Shown: in pieces, positions 1-8,822 of the stretch
Layout of the letters: every line of letters begins with the position of its first letter
Numbering within the stretch: position 1 is the first letter of the stretch
DNA from: Candidatus Harrisonbacteria bacterium RIFCSPLOWO2_01_FULL_44_18
GTDB taxonomy: Bacteria; Patescibacteriota; Minisyncoccia; UBA6257; WO2-44-18
Assembly: GCA_001817915.1 (NCBI GenBank)
Contig: MHJJ01000014.1
Span: forward strand, 3,695-67,694
Direction of reading: 5' to 3'
DNA length: 64,000 bases
Notes under the pieces: generated by a model
The model's input: the letters and a program-made list of their open reading frames with translations, nothing else
The model's database searches: none
Told to the model about the DNA's origin: nothing
Program-made: the position numbers and the translations under genes

Positions 1-185
1 TGGCGTAGAAGGCGCTAATGATGACGAAAGCCGCCAATGACGACTGAAGAATAATTTTGGATTTGCCTTTTGTTATTTTTAATAATATTCGCGGCGCGGG
101 ATTGTCGTCAGGGACTTCTTTTTTTTGTAACTTCAAAAAATTTCCTTTATTCGAAGGGGCTTTGATGTCAACTATGAGCGGCTCG

Positions 186-1337
186 TTATTTTTTGATAAT
201 TTCATTGAATAGTTTTAGAGTTTGGCGCGCCGTGTTCGGCCAATTAAATTTTTGAACATTCCGCAAGCCGGCTTCCTGAAGTCTTTTTTTGAGAGCGGGG
301 TTATCTAAAATTTTTTTAACGGCTTCCGTTAATTCTTCAACCCGCCAGGGGTCTATTAAAATAGCCGATTGACCCAAGATTTCCGGAAGGGAAGCGCGAT
401 CGGCCGCGATTACCGGACAGCCACAGGCCTGAGCTTCAAGCGGCGGGAAGCCGAATCCTTCAAAAAAAGAAGGATAGATAAACACCTCAGCTAAATTATA
501 TAGCAAAACTCGATCTTCGCCGGAAACCGGACCAAAAAGCGCGATATCTTTACCGTAAGACGATTTGCCGATTTCGTTGGCGATGTTTTGATAAAGCCAA
601 CCCGGCCGGCCGGCCAAAATAAGTTTTAAATCTTTGAAACGCGGATTGCTTTTTAGGGCGTTAAAAGCGCGAATGATAGCCGGGATATTTTTTCTCGGTT
701 CCAATGTGCCTAAATATAAAATAAAAGGCGAATCTAGCTTGTGTTTGCCGCGAAAATCTTTTAGGCGCCGATCATCAGCCGACATTTTTTTAAATTGATC
801 ATCAACGCCCGAATAGATGACCGAAATTTTTTCTTCGGGTACGGCCAGCAAGTTTACGAGGTCTGATTTTGTAAATTCGGAAACAGCGATTATTTTTGCC
901 GCTTCCTGGGCTTGCTTTTTGTAATTCTGGAGCCAATGCCAAAATTTTTGTTTTTGGGAAAAGAAATACGGATGGCGCAAAAAAGAAAGATCGTGGAAGG
1001 TAATGACGCGGGGCGTTTCCGTCTTGGCCAATATGTTAAAATGCGGGCTAAAAATTAAATCGGCCTCGATAAAACGATCAAGTTTAGGCCAGGAAAGAAA
1101 GCGGCTTGAAACTTCAAAAATTTTATTCGGAATTTTCCAATCGATAATTTTTAGAGATTGGTAATTGGTAATTGGTAATTGGTAATTTAACGGTTGCTTA
1201 CGTAGGCCGCTGTAAAACAAAAAATAGCGATTAGCCGAATCAACGGCCAAAAGCGTTTTTAATAAATTACGGGCGTATTCTTCAATCCCAGAAAGACCCC
1301 CGCGCGTTAATACCCGCGCGTCAAAGATTATTTTCAT
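186..1337 (-). CDS. glycosyltransferase family 1 (GT4-like)
   Basis: 383-aa ORF. C-terminal EGFGFPPLEAQACGCPVIA motif typical of GT1 glycosyltransferases. Carries an in-frame tandem repeat at 1158-1188. Confidence 0.8.
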   Translation of the reverse strand: MKIIFDARVLTRGGLSGIEEYARNLLKTLLAVDSANRYFLFYSGLRKQPLNYQLPITNYQSLKIIDWKIPNKIFEVSSRFLSWPKLDRFIEADLIFSPHFNILAKTETPRVITFHDLSFLRHPYFFSQKQKFWHWLQNYKKQAQEAAKIIAVSEFTKSDLVNLLAVPEEKISVIYSGVDDQFKKMSADDRRLKDFRGKHKLDSPFILYLGTLEPRKNIPAIIRAFNALKSNPRFKDLKLILAGRPGWLYQNIANEIGKSSYGKDIALFGPVSGEDRVLLYNLAEVFIYPSFFEGFGFPPLEAQACGCPVIAADRASLPEILGQSAILIDPWRVEELTEAVKKILDNPALKKRLQEAGLRNVQKFNWPNTARQTLKLFNEIIKK

Positions 1338-1411
1338 ACAATCAATTTTTACTGTATGCTATATTTAGCGATTTGACAAAATAAGTCAGAGACTTTTCAA
1401 GGAGAAAAAAG

Positions 1412-2218
1412 ATGGTCGTTGACGGACGGGCGATAGCGCGAAAGATAATCAAAAGACTGCGCGCTCAAAAAACTCCGGCTAAAACTTTGGTGGCTTTGAT
1501 AGTTGACGGCGCCAGTTCGGCGGAGAAGTTTCTTGTTCAAAAGGAAAAAATCGCGAAAAAGCTCGGAGTGAATTTCAAAATCTGCCGATTTTCCGCTTTG
1601 ACGGCAACCACAGAATCAATTTTGAAATCACTGCGGGATTATTGCGGATCGGAAAATGTCGGCGGCGTGATCATCGAACGGCCATTGCCCGTTTTCATTG
1701 ACGTCAGAATGCTATTGAAAGAAATTACGCCCGCCAAAAATGTGGAAGCAGTTAATGAATTGGCGTTGCTCGTTGAGCCGGCGACCAAAACTTTTTTTAC
1801 CATTTTGAGCGAAATTAAACGCGATCTTGCCGGGCAAAATATCGCGGCGATTGGGAGAAGCGAAACCGTCGCCCTTCCCATCGGCAGATTTTTGAATAAA
1901 GAGAGAGAAAGATTGAAGTACCAATCCTTTACAATTATTCCGGCCAGGGAACTTTATAAACGCGCCTGGACAGAATGCTTGAAAAGCGCGGATATCGTTG
2001 TCGCGGCCGCCCGCATCCCCAATTTGATTACCGAAGAAAAAATAAAAGAAGGAGTGGTAGTCATCGACTTCGGTAAAAATGTTGATTTTGAAAACTGTAA
2101 AAATAGGGCATCTTTCATCACTCCGCCTCACGGAGGCGTTGGCCCGATTCTCGTAGCGCACGTATTTTCTAACTTCTACGCTCTGAATGGATCAACCCCT
2201 TTTTCTCTAATTTGTTAG
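1412..2218 (+). CDS. folD: bifunctional 5,10-methylene-THF dehydrogenase/cyclohydrolase
   Basis: 268-aa ORF with GRSETVALPIGRFL and C-terminal TPPHGGVGPILVAHVF motifs, FolD-like. SD-like GGAGAAAAAAGATG upstream. Confidence 0.75.
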   Translation: MVVDGRAIARKIIKRLRAQKTPAKTLVALIVDGASSAEKFLVQKEKIAKKLGVNFKICRFSALTATTESILKSLRDYCGSENVGGVIIERPLPVFIDVRMLLKEITPAKNVEAVNELALLVEPATKTFFTILSEIKRDLAGQNIAAIGRSETVALPIGRFLNKERERLKYQSFTIIPARELYKRAWTECLKSADIVVAAARIPNLITEEKIKEGVVVIDFGKNVDFENCKNRASFITPPHGGVGPILVAHVFSNFYALNGSTPFSLIC

Positions 2219-2246
2219 CGCCCCGATTAATCGCCGGGGCGTTTTA
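2217..2246 (+). terminator. rho-independent terminator after folD
   Basis: GC hairpin gcgccccgattaatcgccggggcg followed by TTTT. Confidence 0.6.
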
Positions 2247-2291
2247 TAATTTCTGCCAGAATAACAGCCCATTAGTATTTTATTGATCCCG

Positions 2292-2323
2292 TACTTCTAT
2301 TTCACAATCGGAATATAGAAGTA
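2292..2323. promoter_or_regulatory. 32-bp palindromic motif TACTTCTAT-N-ATAGAAGTA upstream of rplS
   Basis: Inverted repeat tacttctat...tatagaagta. A near-identical copy lies at 54723-54754 upstream of pheS and a related core at 14715-14735 upstream of leuS. Confidence 0.5.
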
Positions 2324-2456
2324 TTAACTTGAACGGTTATACGCCCCCTTGTAGCCAGTTTATTTTTATAGTAGGATATATCTATTGTTATATTGTATGG
2401 TTTGACGCGGCTCACCATAAAATGGCACGAATGGTAATCATCATGCGAAAAATCTT

Positions 2457-2846
2457 ATGATTGATTCTGAAACTAACAAAAAAATAAAGCCGGGCGCCGT
2501 GGTGCGTGTTTGGGAGAAAATACTCGCCGAGGGCGGGTCTTCGCCCGACGCCTCGTCAAAGGCAAGCGCGTCTCGGGAGCGCGCTTCTAGTGGAAAAGAA
2601 AGCGATAAATTCCGCTTTAGCAAGTTTGAAGGCCTTGTTTTGGCAAGAAAGCACGGCAATGAGTCCGGAGCCAGTTTTATTGTTCGCGCCACCGTTGCCG
2701 GCGTGGGCGTTGAAAAAGTTTATCCTATTCATTCGCCAATGATTGAAAAAGCGGAAATTATCAGTTCGCCTAAAAAAGTGCGCCGCGCCAAACTTTATTA
2801 CGTTCGCGGACTTTCTAAAAAAGAAACACGCCAGAAATTGGGATAA
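2457..2846 (+). CDS. rplS: 50S ribosomal protein L19
   Basis: KPGAVVRVWEKI ... GVGVEKVYPIHSPMIEKAEII ... RRAKLYYVRG match L19 conserved blocks. Has a Ser/Ala-rich internal insertion. Confidence 0.8.
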   Translation: MIDSETNKKIKPGAVVRVWEKILAEGGSSPDASSKASASRERASSGKESDKFRFSKFEGLVLARKHGNESGASFIVRATVAGVGVEKVYPIHSPMIEKAEIISSPKKVRRAKLYYVRGLSKKETRQKLG

Positions 2847-2876
2847 TGATTGAAAAACGGGATATTTTTAAATCCT

Positions 2877-2958
2877 GCCCAGGTGGAGGAATCGGCAGAC
2901 TCACTACTTTGAGGTGGTAGCGCCGTAAGGCATGCGGGTTCGAATCCCGCCCTGGGCA
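2877..2958 (+). tRNA. tRNA-Leu (anticodon GAG), type II
   Basis: Cloverleaf with acceptor GCCCAGG/CCTGGGC, anticodon loop TTGAGGT, long variable arm and T-arm GCGGGTTCGAATCCCGC. No encoded CCA. Close to E. coli tRNA-Leu(GAG). Confidence 0.85.
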
Positions 2959-2959
2959 C

Positions 2960-2987
2960 TTGACAAATTCTGTGGATATGCTATAAC
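2960..2987 (+). promoter_or_regulatory. sigma70-like promoter (TTGACA-16-TATAAC)
   Basis: cTTGACAAATTctgtggatatGCTATAAc. The same extended box GCTTGACAAATT...TGCTATAAT recurs at 22190-22217 and 13984-14010. Confidence 0.5.
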
Positions 2988-3079
2988 AGGGTTATACTTG
3001 AGTTGGGCGAGCTTATCGTGAGCTCGCTTGATAGCTCAAGGAATCAGTTCTTTGGCAAGGTTTTTGAGTAGGAGGCGCT

Positions 3080-3427
3080 ATGAGTGCTCTCACGATCGTT
3101 CTGGCGGCCAGCATTGTCATCATGGTTTTCGCGGCGGCCCTGATCTACAAGAGCAGGAAGTCCGGGAATCGCAGCGGCCTCGCGTCGGCGGATCAGCCCG
3201 CGCGTCCTCGCCCGAAGGTTCGGTTCGGCCAGTTCGAGACCGACCAACGGGTGGCCGTGCGTGGCATCGATCTCTTCGGGCGAGTCGAAGATCGCATGAT
3301 CGGCATGGGCAGGATCGTCGGCTTTGCCAATGGTGGCCGGGCGGTTCTTCAGATGGACAACCATCGGCCCGGCGTGTTCGTACGGCGAGTCATGCGCCGC
3401 CTCCGTTCGCTTGAGGTGCCTCGCTAG
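3080..3427 (+). CDS. hypothetical small membrane-anchored protein on GC-rich islet
   Basis: 115-aa ORF with a strong SD (AGGAGG) 6 nt upstream and an N-terminal TM helix. Local GC is about 65 % versus 40-45 % around it. A terminator follows on the same strand. Confidence 0.4.
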   Translation: MSALTIVLAASIVIMVFAAALIYKSRKSGNRSGLASADQPARPRPKVRFGQFETDQRVAVRGIDLFGRVEDRMIGMGRIVGFANGGRAVLQMDNHRPGVFVRRVMRRLRSLEVPR

Positions 3428-3543
3428 TATCTCGGTTCGACGGTAGAAGATCGTGGTTTCCGCTACGGTCGCAGTAACTTCCGTAGCGGACTCCTCGGCC
3501 TTCTGAAAAGGCCGACCACCACTCTCTCGGTTCGTCAGCGGAC

Positions 3544-3584
3544 GGCCGCCCAAGGTAACCCCTTGAGGCGGCCATTTTTTTTTG
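3544..3584 (+). terminator. rho-independent terminator ending the GC-rich islet
   Basis: ggccgcc...ggcggcc hairpin followed by a T9 run. Confidence 0.6.
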
Positions 3585-3603
3585 ATAAAATCATATTACC
3601 GAT

Positions 3604-4119
3604 ATGTATGAATGTTGCACTGAAGCGATAGTTTTAGATAAAGAAGATTTAGGCGAGGCGGACGCCCGAGTTTTTTTATTTACAAAATCGTTAGGTAAAG
3701 TTGTGGCGAAAGTTAAAAGCGCGAAAAAAATAACTTCAAAACTATCTTCGCATTTGGAACCGCTGAATTTAATAACCGTCCGGCTGGTGGAAAAGAACGG
3801 TTTTCAAGTGGTAGATGTTTTATCGAATCGGAAACTCCCGCAATCAGAGCTTCATATTTTAAATATGGTTAATCAGCTAAGCGCCGAGAATCAGCAAGAT
3901 CTTGAACTTTGGTCGGTTTTGACCGGCAGCATTGATTTAAGGCCGGTTGATTTTCAGAAACAAATTTTGAGCGCCTTGGGCTTTGATCCGAAATTCGCGA
4001 GTTGTCAAAATTGCGACAGACCCAGACCAGATTATTTTTCTTTGCTTGATACGAGTTACTTATGCCAAATTTGCGCGTTAAAATCAGGGGTTAGACAAAA
4101 TTGTTTTAAATTAAATTAG
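3604..4119 (+). CDS. recO: DNA repair protein RecO
   Basis: N-terminal OB-fold block (AIVLDKEDLGEADARVFLFTKSLGKVVAKVKSAKK) and C-terminal Cys4 zinc motif CQNC...CQIC, as in RecO. Confidence 0.65.
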   Translation: MYECCTEAIVLDKEDLGEADARVFLFTKSLGKVVAKVKSAKKITSKLSSHLEPLNLITVRLVEKNGFQVVDVLSNRKLPQSELHILNMVNQLSAENQQDLELWSVLTGSIDLRPVDFQKQILSALGFDPKFASCQNCDRPRPDYFSLLDTSYLCQICALKSGVRQNCFKLN

Positions 4120-4121
4120 TT

Positions 4122-5840
4122 ATGCTAACGAAACTTTATTGGATTTTAGCAATTGTTTTAATTTTGCTTATCGGTTTAGCCGGATTTTTTTGGTTTCAAT
4201 CCCGTTCAAATCAAGGCTTGGATTTGCAAATTAACGCTCCCGACGAAGTTTTAATTGGAGTGCCTTTTGATTTGGAAATCAACGTAACCAACGATTCCGG
4301 CGGCATTTTAAAAGACAGCAAACTTTCATTGGCCATTCCCGAAGATGTCGTGTTTGTGGGAAGCGCCGTCGGTAAAACCGTGGAATATAAAACATTGGGC
4401 AATTTGGGCGTCGGCAATTTGACCAAAGAAAGTTTTAAACTGATGGCGTTGGGCGAGGAGAATAGCTTGAGGCAAATCGAAGCCACCCTTAGTTATTTGC
4501 CGACTTCTTTGGGATCGCGATTTGAAATCGTAAAAAAAATTGATTTGGAAGCGGGCCAATTCGGCTTAGTTGTTGATTTAACGGCGCCGGAAAAAGTTTT
4601 CAGCGGCGAAGATTTTGAGATCGCCGCTTCTTATAAAAATGTTTCCGGCATTGATCTTTCGGGCCTTATCCTTAAAATGGAATATCCGCCGACGTTTAAT
4701 TTTATAGAATCTTCCTTGGAGCCGGACGCCGGGAACAATGTTTGGAATTTGGGAGATTTGCGGCGAGGTTCGGAAATGGAATTTAAAATAAAAGGAAACC
4801 TTATCGGCCCGGACGATTCATTTTTTGATTTAAGAGCCAGCCTAGAGGCCAATTTTTTGGGTAAAACCTATGTCATCAGCGGTAAATCGGCCAACGTCTC
4901 TATTTCGCCGTCGCCGCTCTCTTTGCGAATTTTCCTAAACGAGGATCCTGATTATGTTGCCGGGCCGGGCGATGTTTTAAATTATTCTCTGGCCTACGCC
5001 AACAACACCGACGTCGCGCTGCGGGACGTTGTTATTGAAGCGAAATTAATCGGTGAAATGTTTGACCTAAAAACTTTAAATACTAACGGAATTACCCGTT
5101 CCGGTGAAAACGCGCTGGTTTGGAACGCGTCAAATTTGCCCGAGCTGGCAGTTTTACCGGTCGGCGCTTCCGGGACAGTGAATTTTCAGACAAAAGTCGC
5201 GAACAGCTACCCCATAAAAAGATTGAGCGATAAAAATTTTGTTCTAAAAGCGGAAGCTCAAATTGAGTCGCCGACTGTGCCGTATTTTGTGGGAGCGCGG
5301 AAAACAGTCGGTCTGGCAAAGCTGGAAACTAAAGTTGCCGGGCAAATAAAAGTTGATACCAAAGTGTATTTTCGAGACGCGGCTTCAGGAATTTTGAATA
5401 AAGGGCCGATGCCTCTTAAAGCGGGGCAACCGACTCAATTTACCGCGCATTGGTTTATTACTAATTTTGGAACAGACGTCAGCGGCGTGGAAGTCAGAGC
5501 ATTTTTGGAAGGAAATGTTAGAATGATAGCAGATAAAACAAAGAGCAATAGCGGCGCTCTTCCGGTTTATAACGAAAGAACGCAGGAAGTGGTTTGGCTG
5601 ATAGATCGGATTCCGGCTACTAAAGGAGTAATCGGCGACCCCCTTGAGGCGATTTTTCAAATTGAGGCAATGCCTTCCGCTAATTTGGCCGGGACTTATA
5701 TGCCGCTTATAAAAAATAGCTCAATAACCGCCACGGACGATTTTACCGGATTAAAATTAAGCGGTTCGGATTTAGCCGCGACCACCGCGCTGCCGGACGA
5801 TCCGACAGTCGGTCCGCAAGGCGGCATCGTTAAGAATTAG
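4122..5840 (+). CDS. hypothetical membrane-anchored protein with repeated beta-rich (DUF11/CARDB-like) domains
   Basis: 572 aa. N-terminal TM helix, then several repeated about 100-aa modules with conserved N..G positions. No catalytic motif recognised. Confidence 0.55.
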   Translation: MLTKLYWILAIVLILLIGLAGFFWFQSRSNQGLDLQINAPDEVLIGVPFDLEINVTNDSGGILKDSKLSLAIPEDVVFVGSAVGKTVEYKTLGNLGVGNLTKESFKLMALGEENSLRQIEATLSYLPTSLGSRFEIVKKIDLEAGQFGLVVDLTAPEKVFSGEDFEIAASYKNVSGIDLSGLILKMEYPPTFNFIESSLEPDAGNNVWNLGDLRRGSEMEFKIKGNLIGPDDSFFDLRASLEANFLGKTYVISGKSANVSISPSPLSLRIFLNEDPDYVAGPGDVLNYSLAYANNTDVALRDVVIEAKLIGEMFDLKTLNTNGITRSGENALVWNASNLPELAVLPVGASGTVNFQTKVANSYPIKRLSDKNFVLKAEAQIESPTVPYFVGARKTVGLAKLETKVAGQIKVDTKVYFRDAASGILNKGPMPLKAGQPTQFTAHWFITNFGTDVSGVEVRAFLEGNVRMIADKTKSNSGALPVYNERTQEVVWLIDRIPATKGVIGDPLEAIFQIEAMPSANLAGTYMPLIKNSSITATDDFTGLKLSGSDLAATTALPDDPTVGPQGGIVKN

Positions 5841-5971
5841 GATTTTCCGTCAGAGGCGGATTCGCCTTCGGCGGAGGAATACAGAATTTAGGATTTAGGT
5901 ATAGGATTGGATAAATTCTACTTCCCTAAATTCTAAATTCTATATCCTATATTCTATTTTCAAAATCAACT

Positions 5972-7420
5972 ATGGATTTAATGGAAAAAATAGTTAATTT
6001 GTGCAAGCGTCGGGGTTTTATTTTTCCCGGCTCGGAAATTTACGGCGGTCTTGCCAACTCTTGGGATTACGGCCCACTTGGAGTTGAATTAAAAAATAAT
6101 ATCAAAAATGAATGGTGGAAAAGATTTGTGCGTCAGCGGACCGATATTGTCGGCATTGACGCCGCTTTAATGATGAATCCGAAAGTATGGGAAGCAAGCG
6201 GCCATCTCAAAGAATTTTCTGATCCGTTGGTGGAGTGCAAGAGTTGCCATAAGAGATTTAGGGTTGATGAATATGGAGACGAAGGAATGAAGGCGAAAAA
6301 AGAAAACCTTCCTGGTTTTTCTAACAAATCTCACCTTCTTAGTGTTAGAAGCAAAAATGATATTGCTTGTAAAAATTGTGGTTTAAAAGGAACACTTACT
6401 GATTTTCGTATGTTTAATTTAATGTTTAAAACTTTCCTCGGTCCTTCGGAAGACAGCGCCAGCGTCGTATATCTGCGTCCGGAAACGGCGCAGGCGATGT
6501 TTGTGGATTTTAAGCAGGTTTTGGAAACTGTCCGCAAGCGCGTGCCTTTCGGCATAGCTCAAGTCGGCAAAGCGTTTCGCAATGAGATAACGCCCGGCAA
6601 TTTTATTTTCCGTACGCGGGAATTTGAGCAAATGGAAATAGAATATTTTATCCGTCCGCCAGCCGGCGAAGAGTGGAAAAAGTATTTTGATATGTGGCTG
6701 GAAGAGATGAAAAATTGGTTAGTAAATTTAGGTGTTGATTTGAAGAAAATCCATTTTCGGGAAATCCCCGAGGAAGAACGAGCCCATTATTCAAAGCGCA
6801 CCGTGGACATTGACTATGAATTTCCGTTTGGCCAAAGCGAACTTTATGGTTTGGCGTATCGCGGCGATTTTGATTTGAAGAATCATATGGAAAAAAGCGG
6901 TCAGGATTTGCGATATACCGACCCGGATACCGGCGAAAAATTTGTGCCGCATGTTATTGAGCCGACTTGGGGAGTAGATAGATCAGTTTTAGTCGCGATG
7001 CTTGAGGCGTATCGCGAAGAGATAGTCGCGGACTCACGCGGACTGGACGCAGACTCGCGCGGAAAGAGAAGTAATGAGGAAGAAACGCGGGTAGTTATGA
7101 AGTTTCCGAAATGGCTCGCGCCGATAAAAGTCGCGATACTTCCGTTGTCCAAAAAGGAAGAGTTAATAAAAATCGCCAAGCCGCTATACGAACAGTTGGC
7201 TAAAAAATTCGTTTGCGAATATGACGAAACGCAGAGTATCGGCAGACGTTATCGCCGCCAAGACGAAATCGGCACGCCCTATTGCGTTACCGTTGATTTT
7301 GAAACAATAAATGATAAAGCGGTAACTATTCGCGATCGCGATACCATGAAACAGGAAAGAGTCGAGATTTCCGCTCTATCTAAAGTCTTAGAACAATCTA
7401 TTGGTTTCGGGAATCAATAG
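5972..7420 (+). CDS. glyQS: glycine--tRNA ligase (dimeric alpha2 type)
   Basis: N-terminal RRGFIFPGSEIYGGLANSWDYGPLG is diagnostic of class II GlyRS. Contains a 10-mer tandem insert at 7027-7063. Confidence 0.9.
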   Translation: MDLMEKIVNLCKRRGFIFPGSEIYGGLANSWDYGPLGVELKNNIKNEWWKRFVRQRTDIVGIDAALMMNPKVWEASGHLKEFSDPLVECKSCHKRFRVDEYGDEGMKAKKENLPGFSNKSHLLSVRSKNDIACKNCGLKGTLTDFRMFNLMFKTFLGPSEDSASVVYLRPETAQAMFVDFKQVLETVRKRVPFGIAQVGKAFRNEITPGNFIFRTREFEQMEIEYFIRPPAGEEWKKYFDMWLEEMKNWLVNLGVDLKKIHFREIPEEERAHYSKRTVDIDYEFPFGQSELYGLAYRGDFDLKNHMEKSGQDLRYTDPDTGEKFVPHVIEPTWGVDRSVLVAMLEAYREEIVADSRGLDADSRGKRSNEEETRVVMKFPKWLAPIKVAILPLSKKEELIKIAKPLYEQLAKKFVCEYDETQSIGRRYRRQDEIGTPYCVTVDFETINDKAVTIRDRDTMKQERVEISALSKVLEQSIGFGNQ

Positions 7421-7433
7421 ATTAGAATCCAAA

Positions 7434-8717
7434 ATGGCAAATTTTAAAAAAACAATTCTCAAAAATGGGCTTAGGATAGTTTTGGCGCCCCAGGCCGACA
7501 GTTTAACGGTTACGGTTTTAGTTTTGGTTGCCACCGGTTCAAAGTATGAAACCAAAGAGATCAACGGCATTTCTCATTTTTTAGAGCACCTTTGTTTTAA
7601 GGGCACGAAAAAGCGGCCAACGGCATTGGCCATCACTTCCGAACTTGACGGCATTGGCTCCGAGTACAACGCTTTTACCGGCGAAGAATACACCGGTTAT
7701 CACGCCAAAGTTGAAGCTCGGCATACCGATAAAATTCTGGACATCATTTCGGATCTTTACGTGAATCCGATTTTTGATCCGGCGGAAATTGAAAAAGAAA
7801 AAGGCGTTATCATTGAAGAACTTAATATGTATGAAGACCTGCCGATGCGCAAAGTTCAGGAAGTTTTTACAGAATTGCTTTACGGCGATCAGCCAGCCGG
7901 CTGGCCAATCGGCGGCCGCAAAGAAATTATTCAAAAGATCGCCCACGACGACATTATCAAATATCGTTCTCGGCACTATGTCGCTAATTCGACAGCCGTG
8001 ATAGTCAGCGGCGGCTTTTCCGCCAAAGGCGGAGAAAAATTGCTGGTTTCAAAAATCGAAAAATCTTTTAAAAACGTACTTATAGGAAAAAAGGGAACTA
8101 AAATAAAAACTCAAATTAACCAAACTAGGCCGGCTGTTTCAATTCAGTATAAGGAATCGGATCAAGCTCATTTAGTTTTGGGTTGCCACGCGTATGATAT
8201 TTTTGATAGGCGCCGTCATGCCTTGATGCTTTTGGCGGATATTTTAGGCGGCGGGATGAGTTCTCGTTTGTTTCAAAGAGTCAGAGAACAAATGGGCGCG
8301 GCTTATTATGTAAAAGCCGATCCGGAATTGCATACCGATCACGGGTATTTCGCGGTTTCCGCCGGAGTGGATAATCAAAAATTATTGCCGGTTATTAAAG
8401 CAATTTTGGAGGAACTGGCAAAGATCGGCCAAGGTTTAATTTCTGATAAAGAATTAAAACGAGCCAAAGACCATTTAAGCGGGGGATTGATAATCGGTTT
8501 GGAGACATCGGACGCGCTGGCGATGTTTTATGGCGGTCAGGAGATTTTTAAACGTGAGTTGATGACTCCGCGGGAATTGTTGAAAAAGATTGATTCCGTC
8601 GCGAAAAAAGAAGTAGTGGCCGCAGCCAAAGACATTTTCCAAAACTCAAAATTGAATTTGGCGCTTATCGGCCCTCACAAGAATTCTAAAGACATTGAAA
8701 AAATTTTGAGATTTTAA
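7434..8717 (+). CDS. M16 family zinc metallopeptidase (insulinase-like)
   Basis: Inverted zinc motif HFLEHLCFKGT (HxxEH). Start moved to the ATG at 7434 to avoid overlapping glyQS. Confidence 0.8.
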   Translation: MANFKKTILKNGLRIVLAPQADSLTVTVLVLVATGSKYETKEINGISHFLEHLCFKGTKKRPTALAITSELDGIGSEYNAFTGEEYTGYHAKVEARHTDKILDIISDLYVNPIFDPAEIEKEKGVIIEELNMYEDLPMRKVQEVFTELLYGDQPAGWPIGGRKEIIQKIAHDDIIKYRSRHYVANSTAVIVSGGFSAKGGEKLLVSKIEKSFKNVLIGKKGTKIKTQINQTRPAVSIQYKESDQAHLVLGCHAYDIFDRRRHALMLLADILGGGMSSRLFQRVREQMGAAYYVKADPELHTDHGYFAVSAGVDNQKLLPVIKAILEELAKIGQGLISDKELKRAKDHLSGGLIIGLETSDALAMFYGGQEIFKRELMTPRELLKKIDSVAKKEVVAAAKDIFQNSKLNLALIGPHKNSKDIEKILRF

Positions 8718-8822
8718 GCCGTGAAATTCAATTTGACTTATTTGTCGTGGTAAGCTATTCTTTATCGTAACAATTGTCGCCTTTTCGCGGTTCTCTTAAG
8801 TAGAGGACGGTATAAAATAAAA

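Noticed and set aside
1639-2161. Antisense ORFs 1639-1881(-) and 1712-2161(-) inside folD, and similar antisense ORFs inside leuS, glmS, gyrB and others
   Set aside because: They are embedded in well-supported conserved genes on the opposite strand, with no SD and no conserved motifs.
3044-3553. 169-aa minus-strand ORF in the GC-rich islet
   Set aside because: Long ORFs arise in all frames of high-GC DNA. The plus-strand 115-aa ORF has an AGGAGG SD at the right spacing and a same-strand terminator, so it is preferred. The minus-strand ORF has neither.
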